DNA of 64,000 nt, from contig JANJGN010000039.1 in assembly GCA_026770705.1 (NCBI GenBank), positions 10,478,001 through 10,542,000 on the forward strand, read 5' to 3'. Under the pieces are notes generated by a model that searched no databases, had not been told where the DNA came from, and saw nothing but the letters and a program-made list of their open reading frames with translations. This DNA comes from Isurus oxyrinchus. Lineage: Eukaryota. Within the stretch, counting starts at the first letter, position 1. Each line of letters begins with the position of its first letter. The position numbers and the translations under genes are program-made. Positions 23,657 to 35,900 of this stretch are shown one piece after another.

Positions 23657-23711
23657 TGGAATAGTCGGTAGGATTCGAACCATGTGGGGAAACCCCGCTT
23701 TGGATTTCAAG
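23657..23711 (+). other. Primer-binding site complementary to tRNA-Ser(TGA), extended through the anticodon loop
   Basis: TGGAATAGTCGGTAGGATTCGAACCATGTGGGGAAACCCCGCTTTGGATTTCAAG versus the reverse complement of vertebrate tRNA-Ser plus CCA: TGGCGTAGTCGGCAGGATTCGAACCTGCGCGGGGAAACCCCAATGGATTTCAAG. Confidence 0.8.
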
Positions 23712-23919
23712 AAAAACCGCGGGTACTTGGAGTCAGGAACTCGCTGTGCAAAAGGGTAGCAGAGGCAGAGACCCTCAACTGACTGATTGAGTCACATATA
23801 GAAACTTCCAATGCAACATGCTGTTCTGACTTGATTGGAATATTTAATAGTGCGTGAAAATAGTTGAGTCTCAATGCATTTAAGTTCAATTGTCCTTGCT
23901 GTAATCACTATTACGAAAT

Positions 23920-24185
23920 TGCTAATCATCGAGGACCATATTGACTTTTCAATTCTCATTCTTTCTTGCAATTACCCACAGCCCCATGATTCTCCAAGTT
24001 ATCAGCGCTGGTCACAATCTGGTCTTTTGTGCTTTCCCGAGCAGAATTGCCCCAACTGTCATGACAGTACCTTTAGTTAGTTACCTATGCCTCAAGCTCC
24101 GGTGTTTACCTCCATTGCCTCTCTAACTCGCTCCCCTCCTTCAAGGCACTGCTTGAACATTACTCCTTTCACCAAGTTGTTGTGC
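23920..24185 (+). mobile_element. L2 LINE 3' fragment
   Basis: attgacttttcaattctc (IDFxIL) ... ctccttcaaggcactgcttgaaca (SFKALLK-like) L2 C-terminus. Confidence 0.5.
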
Positions 24186-24224
24186 ATCTTAACGATTTAT
24201 CGTTAGCTTGTTGGTTAATCGTGA

Positions 24225-25107
24225 GGTTTAGTGTCTTGGTCAACAGGAAGATATAGATGGGATGATCAAATGGGCAGATAAGTGGGCGATGGTATTTAAC
24301 CCTGAAAAATGTGAGGTGATACACTTTGGAAGGAGGAATTTGACGAGGAAGTATTCAATGAATGGCATGGCACTAGGAGGTTCTGAGAAAAAATGGACGT
24401 TGGCATCTGTGTCCATATATCTCTGAAGATGGAGGGCATGTTAGTGGGGTGGGGAAAAGAACATATGGGACTCTTGCACTTATCAATCGAGGCAGAGATT
24501 ACGAAAGTAGGGTGGTAATGCTGAAGTTGTTTAGAACCTTGTTGAGGCCACAGCTGGAGTATTGTTTGCAGTTCTGGTCGACACATTATAGGAAGGATGT
24601 GATTGCACTGGAGGGGGTGCTGAGGATATTCATCAGGATGTTGCCTGGGATGAAACAATTAAGTTGTGAAGAGAGGTTGGATAGAGTTGGGTTGTTTTCG
24701 TTGGAGCAGAGAAGACTGAGGGGTGACCTGAAAGAGGTGTACAAGTTTATGAGGGGCGTGGACAGGCTGGATAGGGAGCAGCTGTTCCCCTTATTAGAAG
24801 GGTCAGTCTTGAGGGGACACAATTTCAAAATGGTGGGCAGGAGGTTTAGGGGGGATGCGAGGAAAGCCTTTTTACCCAGAGGGTGGTGAAGGTCTGGAAG
24901 ATGCTGCCTGGGAAGATGTTGTATGCGGGTTGCCTCACATCCTTTAAAAAGTAACTGGATGAGCACCAGGCACGTCATAACATTCTTGACTATGGGCCAA
25001 ATGGTGGCAAATGGGATTAGTTGGAAAGTCAGGTGTTTCTCACGTGTCGGTGCAGACTCGATAGGCTGAAGTGCCTTTTCGGCGCTTCCTGGTTCTGTGA
25101 TTCTGTG
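24225..25107 (+). mobile_element. CR1 LINE, 5'-truncated
   Basis: ORF 24449-24889 (LRPQLEYCLQFWS...RRLRGDLKEVYK) and tail ggtgcagactcga..ggctgaag..ttctgtgattct. Confidence 0.92.
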
Positions 25108-25229
25108 AAAGAGGGAGAGAGAGAGAGAAAATTTGAGGCATGATCCGTGATCCTACGGTTACTTCAAAAGCTTGAATTGGGAGAGCGGCGACTCAAGGTG
25201 GAAATATATTGAATGATTGATCTGGACGT

Positions 25230-25479
25230 GTGCTCTGTGGAGAGGAAGACAGTTAACGTTTCAAGTCCGTATGACAGTGATCACTGGCCTTTTATCGAGC
25301 TCTACCTGTGCCTCACAACCTCCTTTAAACCAGCTTATATTTCACCTCTTTTCAATTTTTCCTGAGTTCCGTTGAAGAGTCATACGAACGCGAAACGTTA
25401 ATTGTGTTTCTCTGTGCAGATGCTGCCAGACCTGCTGAGTTCTTCCACGTATTTTTGCTTTTGTTTAGGATTCCCAGCA
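25230..25479. mobile_element. Penelope-like terminal palindrome
   Basis: gttaacgtttc ... gaagagtcatacgaacgcgaaacgttaa..cagatgctgccagacctgctgag; same family as 16790-16992. Confidence 0.6.
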
Positions 25480-25936
25480 NNNNNNNNNNNNNNNNNNNNN
25501 NNNNNNNNNNNNNNNNNNNNNNNNNNNNNNNNNNNNNNNNNNNNNNNNNNNNNNNNNNNNNNNNNNNNNNNNNNNNNNNNNNNNNNNNNNNNNNNNNNNN
25601 NNNNNNNNNNNNNNNNNNNNNNNNNNNNNNNNNNNNNNNNNNNNNNNNNNNNNNNNNNNNNNNNNNNNNNNNNNNNNNNNNNNNNNNNNNNNNNNNNNNN
25701 NNNNNNNNNNNNNNNNNNNNNNNNNNNNNNNNNNNNNNNNNNNNNNNNNNNNNNNNNNNNNNNNNNNNNNNNNNNNNNNNNNNNNNNNNNNNNNNNNNNN
25801 NNNNNNNNNNNNNNNNNNNNNNNNNNNNNNNNNNNNNNNNNNNNNNNNNNNNNNNNNNNNNNNNNNNNNNNNNNNNNNNNNNNNNNNNNNNNNNNNNNNN
25901 NNNNNNNNNNNNNNNNNNNNNNNNNNNNNNNNNNNN
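25480..25936. other. Assembly gap (N run)
   Basis: Run of n characters. Confidence 1.
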
Positions 25937-26200
25937 CTATCCATCTATCCATCTATCTAGCTATCTACCTACCGATCTGTCTGTATGTCAGTCTATCTAT
26001 CTATCTATTTAAATATCTCTCTATCTATCCGTCCATCTCGCTCTCTCACTCTCTTGCTCTTTCACTCGGTCGGTCCATTTGTTGCACATTCTGTCTCGCT
26101 CTCTCTCTCTCGCGTTCAACTCTCTCTTCAAATCAGTCTATCCATTTGAAGGTCTGTCTATCTGTACATCTATGTGTCTGGCTATCCGTCTGTCGGTCTG
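25937..26200. repeat. (CTAT)n/(CT)n compound microsatellite
   Basis: Direct inspection; it abuts the gap. Confidence 0.85.
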
Positions 26201-29200
26201 CTTGATGATTAATTCTCCCGGCCGTTCGACATGTGAGTGCGCTGCAAAAAAAAAAAGTGCCAGTGTGCTATCACGTGAGAGGTTAGATCAGGTCTATCCT
26301 TGCACGATCGATTGCCAATTTCTGCATAAAATGTCTTTTGAGGCGGAATAAATAAACTTTGCATTCGCTTCCTTGTCTTTAATGTGCTTGACTCTGCTCT
26401 CCACACATGCTGAAATCACTGGATGATTCCTCCATTTGGTTGTGCCGATGGTTTGTTATTTTGTTCAGAATCATGTTTTCAGACGTATCCATTCATGTGG
26501 CAGGGATGTGGTTAGATCGGCCACAACTTGTTGCTCCACCCAAATTGCCCTTGAAGATGTGGAGGTGTCCTATCTTCCTGAAATTGTCTGTTTCATCTTA
26601 TTGACGTCAGGGGCATTCCATCAGTACCTAGAAAGAAGTGTGTTAAGCTCAAGGTGATTTCAGATGACTGAGGATTCCAACTCAGGACAAATATGTTCTT
26701 CCGCCGTGGGACTGGTTTTTAGCACTAACTTTTGGAAATTAAAGGCCTTGGACGATTCAAATCTCCTTCCTGTGCCTCGGCCTTTTCAGCACTCTTTTGA
26801 GCCTCGAAGTGGTTTTCGATTTGATGGACAGTTTGGTGCCAGGCTGAGAGACTGGCAGCATTCTCCTCCCGTGCCCTGTTGTTAAGGCCTCATTGCTTTA
26901 CGGAGACCTGCAGTGCTGCCTTACACCTTTCTCTTTGGCCGCCCTTTGGACGAGGAATGGTAAGTGACAGAGGCAGGTACGGAAAGGCACCCCTTTCCTG
27001 AAATATGTGCCCATTGACTGCCCCAAATCTGCCGCATTTGTGCAGGATTTTGACTGGGGGCCAACACAGTCTTGCCCCTTTCCCCAATCCTCCATCCCCA
27101 AAGGGTTTTTCGCCAGAAGCCGGCCTGTGAACCCGCCATTTAAGTACCAGAATTCTGGAGCGCCGGAAGTATGCTTCATATGGTGCAGGCACACCACGTT
27201 GTTTTTAGCAAGGTCGCATCAGGAATCCATGTACTGTGATCCAGCTTGCAATCTCTGAGTTTGGCCTTCAGATTTCAGACATCCTGTAGTGGAGCTTCCT
27301 GTGCTCACCGAGTGTGGCGTTTGGTACGTAGGCATTTTCCAGATGAACCGCATGACCTACCCAGGGAACCGGGGCTGTAATGAATATATTTTCGATGTCA
27401 GTCATGCTGCACTTTGCAAGATTGTCGGTTTTGCGGATTTTGCCTTGCCAAGAACCGTTGGAAATATTTTACGGGCAGTGAAGTTGTAAAGTTTTCATGA
27501 ACTTTCTAAGAGGCCGAAAGGTTATGCAAGTCTCGCGCTGATATGAAAGTGATATAAAAAAAAAACACTGCCTGGCAGGCCTTGATCTTCCATCTGCGGG
27601 AAAATCCGTGTTTTATTTGCAGAAGTCAGTGAGTGAAACTTGCCAAATGCCGAGCTAGTTTTTGTCAGGCGATGGGAAATTTTCCCATCCAGTTAGTGTT
27701 CTTGGATTGCATGCTGCCAAGTTAGCAAAACTTCCGTAAAGAACAGAGGAGTGCGTTGTTCAAAGCGACTGTGGTATCTTGGAGCACGTGACCAGATTTG
27801 ATGCAGCATCTCTATCCTCAGATATATTGTCAATCGAAGACATTCTGAGTTTGCAGCAAAGCGCTCAGAACGCAGCTGAATGTCTCCGGATCCTGAACTA
27901 TGAGTGTGCATTGGTCCGCGAATAAGACATTCCTCTGTAGCTTTCCAGTAACCTCTGTGCAAGGATTTAATTTTGGCTCTTTGGAAAGGCTGCCTGTGGT
28001 CCTGAAATATATGTGTAATCCTGTGTCAAGCGCTTTGACCGCATGCTTGGAGAATGACTGACAAATGTATGAAAAACAGAGCTGGGTTGCACATTAAAGT
28101 GTATTAAACAGCCTTTTTTGGCGCCGCAAGTGACATGAAATAGGTTCACATTGACGACCCACTTTGCAAAAAGAGAGAATTACACTGATCGTCTGTTCAG
28201 TTCTGTCGCATAATATTGGCTGAGTTGAAAAGTTTATTGACCAATAAGGGAGAGTAGGGTCATGAGCGTTTAAGTGTGTGATGTGCGGAAAGTGGCGGAA
28301 AGGGTCGGCGGAAGACGCTGATTGGCGGAGAGTGGGGCTGAGGCCACGATCAGATAAACCATGAGTTTTCCGAGTTGCAGAACATGCTCAAGGGGCCGAA
28401 TGACCAACTGCCATTAAATACTCTGGTTTTGGTGGGTGTTTGAAATGCAGACCACACCAAAGCCGGAGGCGCCGTCGATTCGGGTTCATTGTAATCAGTG
28501 CATCCATGTGCTAATGATTGTCTGCAGAAGACGTTTGACGGTTAAGAGTTAAATGTTAAGAGTGGAACAGCCTCCGAGCAATGTAGTCTATATATCCCAT
28601 TCTTCTATTACAAAAAAGGTATTTTTCATTCATGTCAACCATCTCTCTGGATGGAGTATGTGAGAGGTTGAGCAGCAGCATTGCATGGCGTGGGGAATCG
28701 TTACTGAGGGGGTTTGGGGTCGGATTGTCTTCAACACATTATTTTGAAATATTTTGGTTGAGAAAAGAAAAGCCTACTGCATACAATTTCTATTGCTCAT
28801 CAGGTCACCACCAACTCCAGCCTTCCTGGTCCTATGGTTACGTTTATAATTTCCAGGCAGAATGGTGCAAATTTATGTGCAACCACCCACAATGTAGGCC
28901 AAGAATCTGACCGAAATGTCAGTGCCCAAGGAATCCACGGAAAGATCTGGGCAGCGTATGAGTTCGCTCTGGAAGATTTAATGAGAAAGACATCCATCAG
29001 ACATGTGCCCTGTTTCAACAAAGACTTGGTCCGGAATCACAAAACAGTGATGAACATTTACAATTGCCCCACTTCTTCTCGTGGCGGTTCAGGCTGATTG
29101 AGATTTCTCGAATCATTTTGATATAAATTAGTAACGATTTGATTCCCAACATCGCCCTGTGGGTCAATCATTTCCCGCCGTGACTATCCACTATTGGATC

Positions 29201-29599
29201 TACCCGTTGCTCATTAAAATATAGCCCCTTCAATTGTATTCCAATGTTGGCCGTTTCACTTCGAAACGGTTCATTTCAGAAGGAGAGCAACTGACGTAAC
29301 CTGTTTGTTCAATGACTGAAACTAATTGATTTCTTTAGGGGACGTGAATGCCCTCCTGGCGATTTAGCTGCTGTCTACTTAACAGTTCCTCTGAATGTCA
29401 CATTTCATCTTTTCCAACAGGCTGGTGTATCTGTTTCAACAAGAGTTAGCGCTTCTCACCGAAGATATAATTTTCTGTACTTCATCAGATACGGGCCATT
29501 TACAAACCCATTTTCGAAGCTCTCGTTTTCCGATGTACGTTTACTAAAATGCCCTCGGATGAACAATATAAATTTCTGTCCTTCTTTCAATTCATCAAT

Positions 29600-29870
29600 G
29601 AGGGCAACGCTGGCAATGCCAGAATTTATTGCCCAACTATAACTCCCCTTGTGAAGTGGGTGGTGAGCTGCTGCGGTCTTTGTGGTGTTGTTACATTCAC
29701 GTTATTATTAGCAGGGGTTGGGGTTTGTGGTCCTTTAATTTGACACGGAGACAGTGAAGAAACGGCGATATTTTTGCGAACCAGGGCGATGAGTGGCTGG
29801 GAGACGAACCTTCAGCATGTGGCATTCCCATGATTATTTTGCCTTTGTCTTTCTAGATCGTAGCGGCCAT
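29600..29870 (-). mobile_element. LINE 3' tail (same family as 21213)
   Basis: atttattgccca..gtggtgagctg..ctttgtctttctagat is the reverse complement of the tail. Confidence 0.65.
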
Positions 29871-30132
29871 GAGTATGATTACTTAAATAAAGGGCTTCAT
29901 GTTATCCACAGTTAACAGATTTTCTCTGTTCCCTGCTACGAATGCTGTCGCGCCAGTTTTACCCTGGTGCTCCAGATTAATTAATGTGGCAACTCCTTCC
30001 GAATCGCCTGTGATTTTAACGTGTTTCTCTTATTTTCCTGAAATGAATTTAAAGAAGAAGAGGATTTCTACCTTTCAGCTCACACGTTCATTCCATGTTG
30101 TGCATCCATCTCTGCAGGAAAGACATCTCCAC

Positions 30133-30208
30133 ATGAAGATGGGAGAACTGATACTTCGGCAGATAGAAGCCATTTACTATCCTATTCTCGCGGCTATTGG
30201 TGTTCCTG
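30133..30208 (+). CDS. GPCR (GPR139/142-like) exon 1: MKMGELILRQIEAIYYPILAAIGVP
   Basis: ATG at 30133, motif YYPxLAAIGVP at the start of TM1, donor G|GTAAG at 30209. Phase 1 matches exon 2. Confidence 0.85.
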
Positions 30209-31349
30209 GTAAGAGCCTAAATACAATCATTACCCGAATAAATGGATGTTCTCAAACGCCGGTTCCGATAACATGGAATCATTTATTTAGAGTTGGAAAG
30301 TCGTCAAAGCAGGGATGTATGTTTAACCATAAGGTTAACACGGTCTTCCTGTTGCTCTCTCTTACTCTCCGTGGTCTCCGCTGCTGACACCTTATTCTTG
30401 CTTTACGGAATGTCATATAACAGGGTCGGCTCTGCAATAATTATCATTATCAGGTGCAAACCGTGTTTGAATTTGTAGAAAACACAAACTGTGAAAAATC
30501 TGTGCAGAAGCAAATTCGCATTCTGCAAAATTCTGCTTGAAATACTTGAAGCCGTTGCTAATTATTTTAATCCATCTTCCAATATTTAAAGGAACGGAAT
30601 CCCTGTCAAATCACATACATCTTACCACAGCGATGCTTTTACAAATCTGTATACAGAAAGGATATCTGGAAATCTGGGTGAAACAGATTACTATGTGTGC
30701 AGAAGACGTTCTGATGTCTTAGTCACTTGTCTATTGAAATGCATGCATTTCTACACTCTCTAATATCGATCACCTTAATGAATTTACATGAAGTGTAGTC
30801 ACTGAAGTAACGCAAAAGGTGGCAGGCAATTTTTGGTCCGGAAGCTTCCACAAGCAGCAAGTTGACAATGACCAGATGATATTTTTTGTAGGCTTTAGCA
30901 GGACACAAGTGGCTACGACAATGTTGTACGAGGAAATAGTCGCAAGCGTTCTTGCACGTTTACACTTTCAATCGATTTGACATCTGTTCCGAAAGTTATT
31001 ACGTCCGATGGTGCAGAATTACTTCACTACGGCAATAGAGCATTAGCCGAGAATTCTGTTCTCAAGTACTGACGCCGGGCGTAAGTAGTCAAACATCTAT
31101 CTCAGCACGCAGATTGCTAACTGAAACATACGTGGCCCGATTTCGGAACACCTGTGCTTCTCGAGTAGTTAACTGGTTCTCCTTATTCTGCTCATTTCAA
31201 TTCCTAGCCCTCCACTTCCTGTTGTTGTAAAACCTGCTTCCTCTTCTAACTAATTTCCATTCAGAATTGGAGTGAATTTATAGTAAGCATTGTCGGACTC
31301 CCCTTTGGCTTTGGGAAAATCATATTGTCACACTAAATGGTGGCACTGG

Positions 31350-31950
31350 CAGAAAGACATAGAAGCATAGGAAATCCGAGTAGAAGTTGGCCACTTGGCC
31401 GCAAGTCAAGTATATCCCGGCTGAAATAATGCCTTCACGACATTCCATGCAATATCTCATATCTTCGGATGCATTGAATATTGAGAAATCAGTTCATAGG
31501 CGCCTTTAATATACTCAGTGACTGCCCATCTGCCGAGGGTGCAGGACATAATTTCGATCATTTATCCCTCCCTGAGTGATGCAATTATCCTCATCTCATT
31601 TGTAAATGCAGTCCTCTTATTCTGATATTGTTTTTCCTGGTTTTAGACACACCCACCAGGGGAAACATCCATGCAAGATCTACACCACCGAAACGTATAA
31701 GAACGGTGAATGCTTCAGTGAGATCATTTCTCATTTACCAGGGCGCCAGAAAGCAGAGGACGAGGGTCGTCAATGTCTCCACATAGGACAATCCCAGCTA
31801 AATACCAGCAATCCAAGAGGTAATCTGTTGAACATTCCTTGTCGCAGAGTTACAACATACCTAATGAAATCTACACCAAAGCAGCAAAGTAGAATGCTTG
31901 ACCAGCACCACAAACATCAGCATAAAGAGCTCACATGAAAATTGTAGAGT
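31350..31950 (-). mobile_element. Degenerate CR1 3' fragment
   Basis: catagaagcatagga..ggcc tail followed by reverse-complement CR1 C-terminal sequence. Confidence 0.5.
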
Positions 31951-32854
31951 CGGGGATACGTTGGGCTTGGGGTTACAAATTATGGTTGTGCACAAATCAA
32001 CTCCAGCCAATGGTCCACAGTGCGTCGTGAATGTGCACTTTTGAGTTTTTGATCAAGGTGAAACCGACCCCATTTAGCACACTGGTTGTCTCACACAAAA
32101 CGATTGAGGGAAGCCCCAATGTGAAGGTGGAATTCGTCTGCACGAGGACCGTGCCCTGGTCAATCATATCCATCATTGAATGGACACATGTATCTGTGGC
32201 GTGTAGGTTGGTAGAGCGAATTCAATTAGGTTTTTGCACCTGTTTGTTTTCCTGTCTTACAATTCACCAGGATAAGCCGTGTTGTTATGCATGATCGCTG
32301 CTGCTGAGACATATGACAGATGTTAGCAAAGTTCCTTCGTTTGTGCATTTGACCTCGAAAGCCTGGAACGGCAAGAGCAGGAGAGGCAGGAGAACACTCT
32401 TAATTACAAAATCCTTTCCAAGTCACACACCACTCTGACTTGGAGATAAATCACCGTTCCCTGACTGTCACTAGACCAAAAACCTGGAAATCGTCACTCG
32501 TAGCATTGTGTTTGTATCCACTTCACATGGGCTGCAACACTTTAAAACCGTTACTGTCAAGAAGAATTAGTGGAAAAGGAAATAAAAGTGCTACTCTTGA
32601 CAATATAAGCAAAGAAAATAAAATGTTGCATGGTGAAGAATCTATGAATGTTGATGTCCTTTTTCTATTGAAATGATGGCCCGGAAGATTCTTTTGTTCC
32701 GGCTCAACAAAGATTAACTACAAAATGCATATTTAAATGTAAATTATTTTGGAGAACACTGGTCCCAAACTGAGAACGTATGTTTTGAATTCACTTCTAA
32801 ATATCTAAATATTTAAGCAAAAGGATTGGCTGGAAATTTCGACCGAAACTCGCA

Positions 32855-32970
32855 CCCCTCCCCCTCACCCCCCCAACACCCCCCCCCACTACCCCCCACC
32901 CACCCAACCCCCCCCACCCCCCACCACCGCCTGACTCCCCCAGAACTCCCACCTCCATCACCCACCCACT
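32855..32970. repeat. C-rich tract (G-quadruplex potential on the minus strand)
   Basis: More than 12 runs of 3-10 C. Confidence 0.7.
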
Positions 32971-35900
32971 TCAAAAATGCCGAATACGCACGAAGATCAA
33001 TGACGTGCATCGGGTATAATGTCGTCACATACCTGAATCTCCCAGTCGCAGATGGGGAACGGGAGGGCCCACCTTTTAAAAGTTGCTAATGAGCAAGTTA
33101 TTGAGTTTGTCAATGACACAATGGCATCTTTTATTCATTCGTGACTTGCACTTACCGTGGCCCAGACGAGAGAAAAAAAACTTTCCGGAAGCTACCATCT
33201 GACGGCAATCGCGCGGAAGAGACGTTCTGCCTCCGGGACCATGACTAAATGTAGCAACAGACTGTGCTGGGGAAGGTGGGATTGTGCTGCCTTCATGTCT
33301 ACTTTTCTCTGTTTTGTTTCTTGCCTGAGTTTCCAACGAAAAATAGTTTTGCAAAAACAGTTTCTGAGACCAGGTGGTCTTGAGCTTGCAGCCATATCGA
33401 CTTTCTGTTCACTGCATTACATTCTGCCGCATGATGTTCAGGCTTTCACTGCCGATTGGACGCGGACCCCATTTTGGCTCCTTCATTGCCTCCTCCCCGA
33501 GAGAATTTAATGAATTGTGGGGCGGGAGATGGTCTAAGGGAGGTTGAGTAGGAAAAGTGCTAATTTTACATTTCTCTAATTTCACGCTGCCGAATAATGT
33601 AAAATCCAGGCCGCTGTCTACTTAATGTAATGTTTCTTTATGATCCAAAATCGGGATTAGCGTTTTGAACCTGCACCGGAGGATGTGTGTCACTTCTCTA
33701 GTGTAAATGCTGCTACCGACCCTCAACAATGCGTCAGAACCAAAAACACAGTTCAGTGAATCACACTCGGTATTGCGTTCTCCACAACATTCAGATATCC
33801 ACTGAAAAGAATTAGCCCTTAAGTTTCTGTTTTGCATGCAAAAGATGCCATAGGAAATTGTTATTTTGTACTTACATTGCGAATAGATCATTGTTGTTCA
33901 AGTGATATGGATTTGGGACCGTGGAGGAAACTTCACCGCTCTGCAGTTCTTCAGACTCGGATGGTTACAGTAACCAAACCAAGAGGCACATAAACCAAAG
34001 TGCACTGCACCTGCGCCATTTTCCTTTCCCAAACAGCAAGTCAATAACAGGTCAGAAGCAGACTGCATTTGCAGGGAGCAATGGATAATTCTATAGCATG
34101 TATACATGTTCATATCTCTAGTTTATTTAGCAGGGAATAATGTTGATAATATATTTGATGTCTGTATAATTAATTTGCTAGCTAAGTAGTGGATAATCTT
34201 TTGGATTGGGGACTATTTCATTCGGTAGATAATGGTTCGTTCATTCCTTGGGCGTTTCAATGTTTAATTCGGAGGAATATTCTGGGAATATAATGATAAT
34301 TTATTGGATAATTGTTTTGAAAATTAATTTGTCCAAACATTAGCTGCTTCAATATATAATTGTTTAAATTACTGCACTGTTTACATTGTTTCCTTATTTA
34401 CAGTGCTGACCAGTACAGTTTCAAGTGAGGATATTTTGGCTAACCATCTTATCATCACTCACAATAGCGCATAGTTAATGATTTTGGGTAAATGTTATCG
34501 GGTAAATGAAGTTCAATTTTCATTTTTGTTATTTATTTTAAGTTGTTTTATTTTGTTATTTATTTTCAGCTGCAATTGTGTCAAACTAGCTTTGATTAAT
34601 AATGTTTCCACCTTTTCCAGTGATTCCTACATGGTCAACAGAAACTCAAACTTTAATTTTTATCCATTACCTGGCGTTTCCAAGGCTGTTTGTGATTATC
34701 ATTGACAGCTGCATTAAGGCAATCAATGTTTGCTGCTTGCATTCGAGTTAGAGAATTGTCAACAGGAGGCTACCAAACTGGGTTGTGTATGTAACACGAA
34801 TAGATTTTTTTCGTGGTCAAAGCTTGCCAACTTGCAATCTGATTCAGAAATGTTAAAAACTGTTTATCTTTATCCGGCTAATTCGCCTTACTTCATTTAG
34901 AGTTCATCTGAATTATTAATTAACAACTTACTGAAATAATATGATCCAAACTGTTACTTCACCACCCTGTTTATAGACATCAATGCATTTTTGTTTCCCT
35001 AAGTTCAATTTTGCGAAAAGTCTACGTTCAGTCTGCAACCATGTTGCATAGCCTTGAGAACAGCTGGTACTTGAAATAACTCTATATCTATTCATCCCAT
35101 TATTTTGAGAATGTGCATTATCTTCTTTCCTAATCTGTGCCTCCCGAATCTCACCGGAGTTTTCAGTCGGAAACCAATTCTGCACCCTTTCCAGAGCCAT
35201 GAATCCTATCCTCTATCATCGCCACCAGACGTACAAACAAAATTTCGGCAATGTGCTGATTACCTACATTCGATAATAATTCAGGCTGGAGGTATTTAAA
35301 GTGCTTTGAAATGCAGTAAAGTAATTTAATAAACGTGTGCATCAAGTTATTACATATCTGGCAGCTACAAATTCGTTCAGTGAGATTCACTTAGCAAATC
35401 TGTTCTTAAAAATTCAACTGGACCTTTACTAAGTAGACAACAGAATCATAATGCAACCGTGATTATCTGAGTCTCAGGTCAATTTCATTTGACTTATATA
35501 GATCACATATTTTCATCAGTAATCAGTATAAATGTCTGAAGTTAATCTTCTGTATAGTGATTCAGCAGTGAATCACTTCGCTAATTCTCTGAAAAGGTTC
35601 CTGCATTTTGAAAAAAAAAAGAAACATGCATTTTATGAACAAATGCTAAAATTCATGGATTTTATGAGCCTGGCCAATCTGAAATGAAGTAAGCTTCAGA
35701 GGATATTAATTTAAACATGGATGTGTTAGGTGCTAGGTCTTTATCGTCAGGTAATCGACAATTTGTAATTTCACTTTTCTGAACACATATTAGTCTACAG
35801 ACTGAAATCGATGTGCCCATCACAGTCAATCTTTACCACGATCTTCTGTACTTGGTGCCAAGCAAAATTAAATTTTCAGCTTCACCTTTCAAATCACTGA

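Noticed and set aside
23661-23711. Functional tRNA-Ser gene on the minus strand
   Set aside because: The 5' third (D arm and A box) is missing and it includes the CCA complement next to an LTR, so it is better explained as a PBS or reverse-transcribed tRNA.
25398-26205. Long ORFs of 159-267 aa
   Set aside because: Artefacts of the N gap and the adjacent microsatellite.
29899-30387. 162-aa ORF as a standalone gene
   Set aside because: Only 30133-30208 is GPCR exon 1; the rest is upstream sequence and intron read-through.
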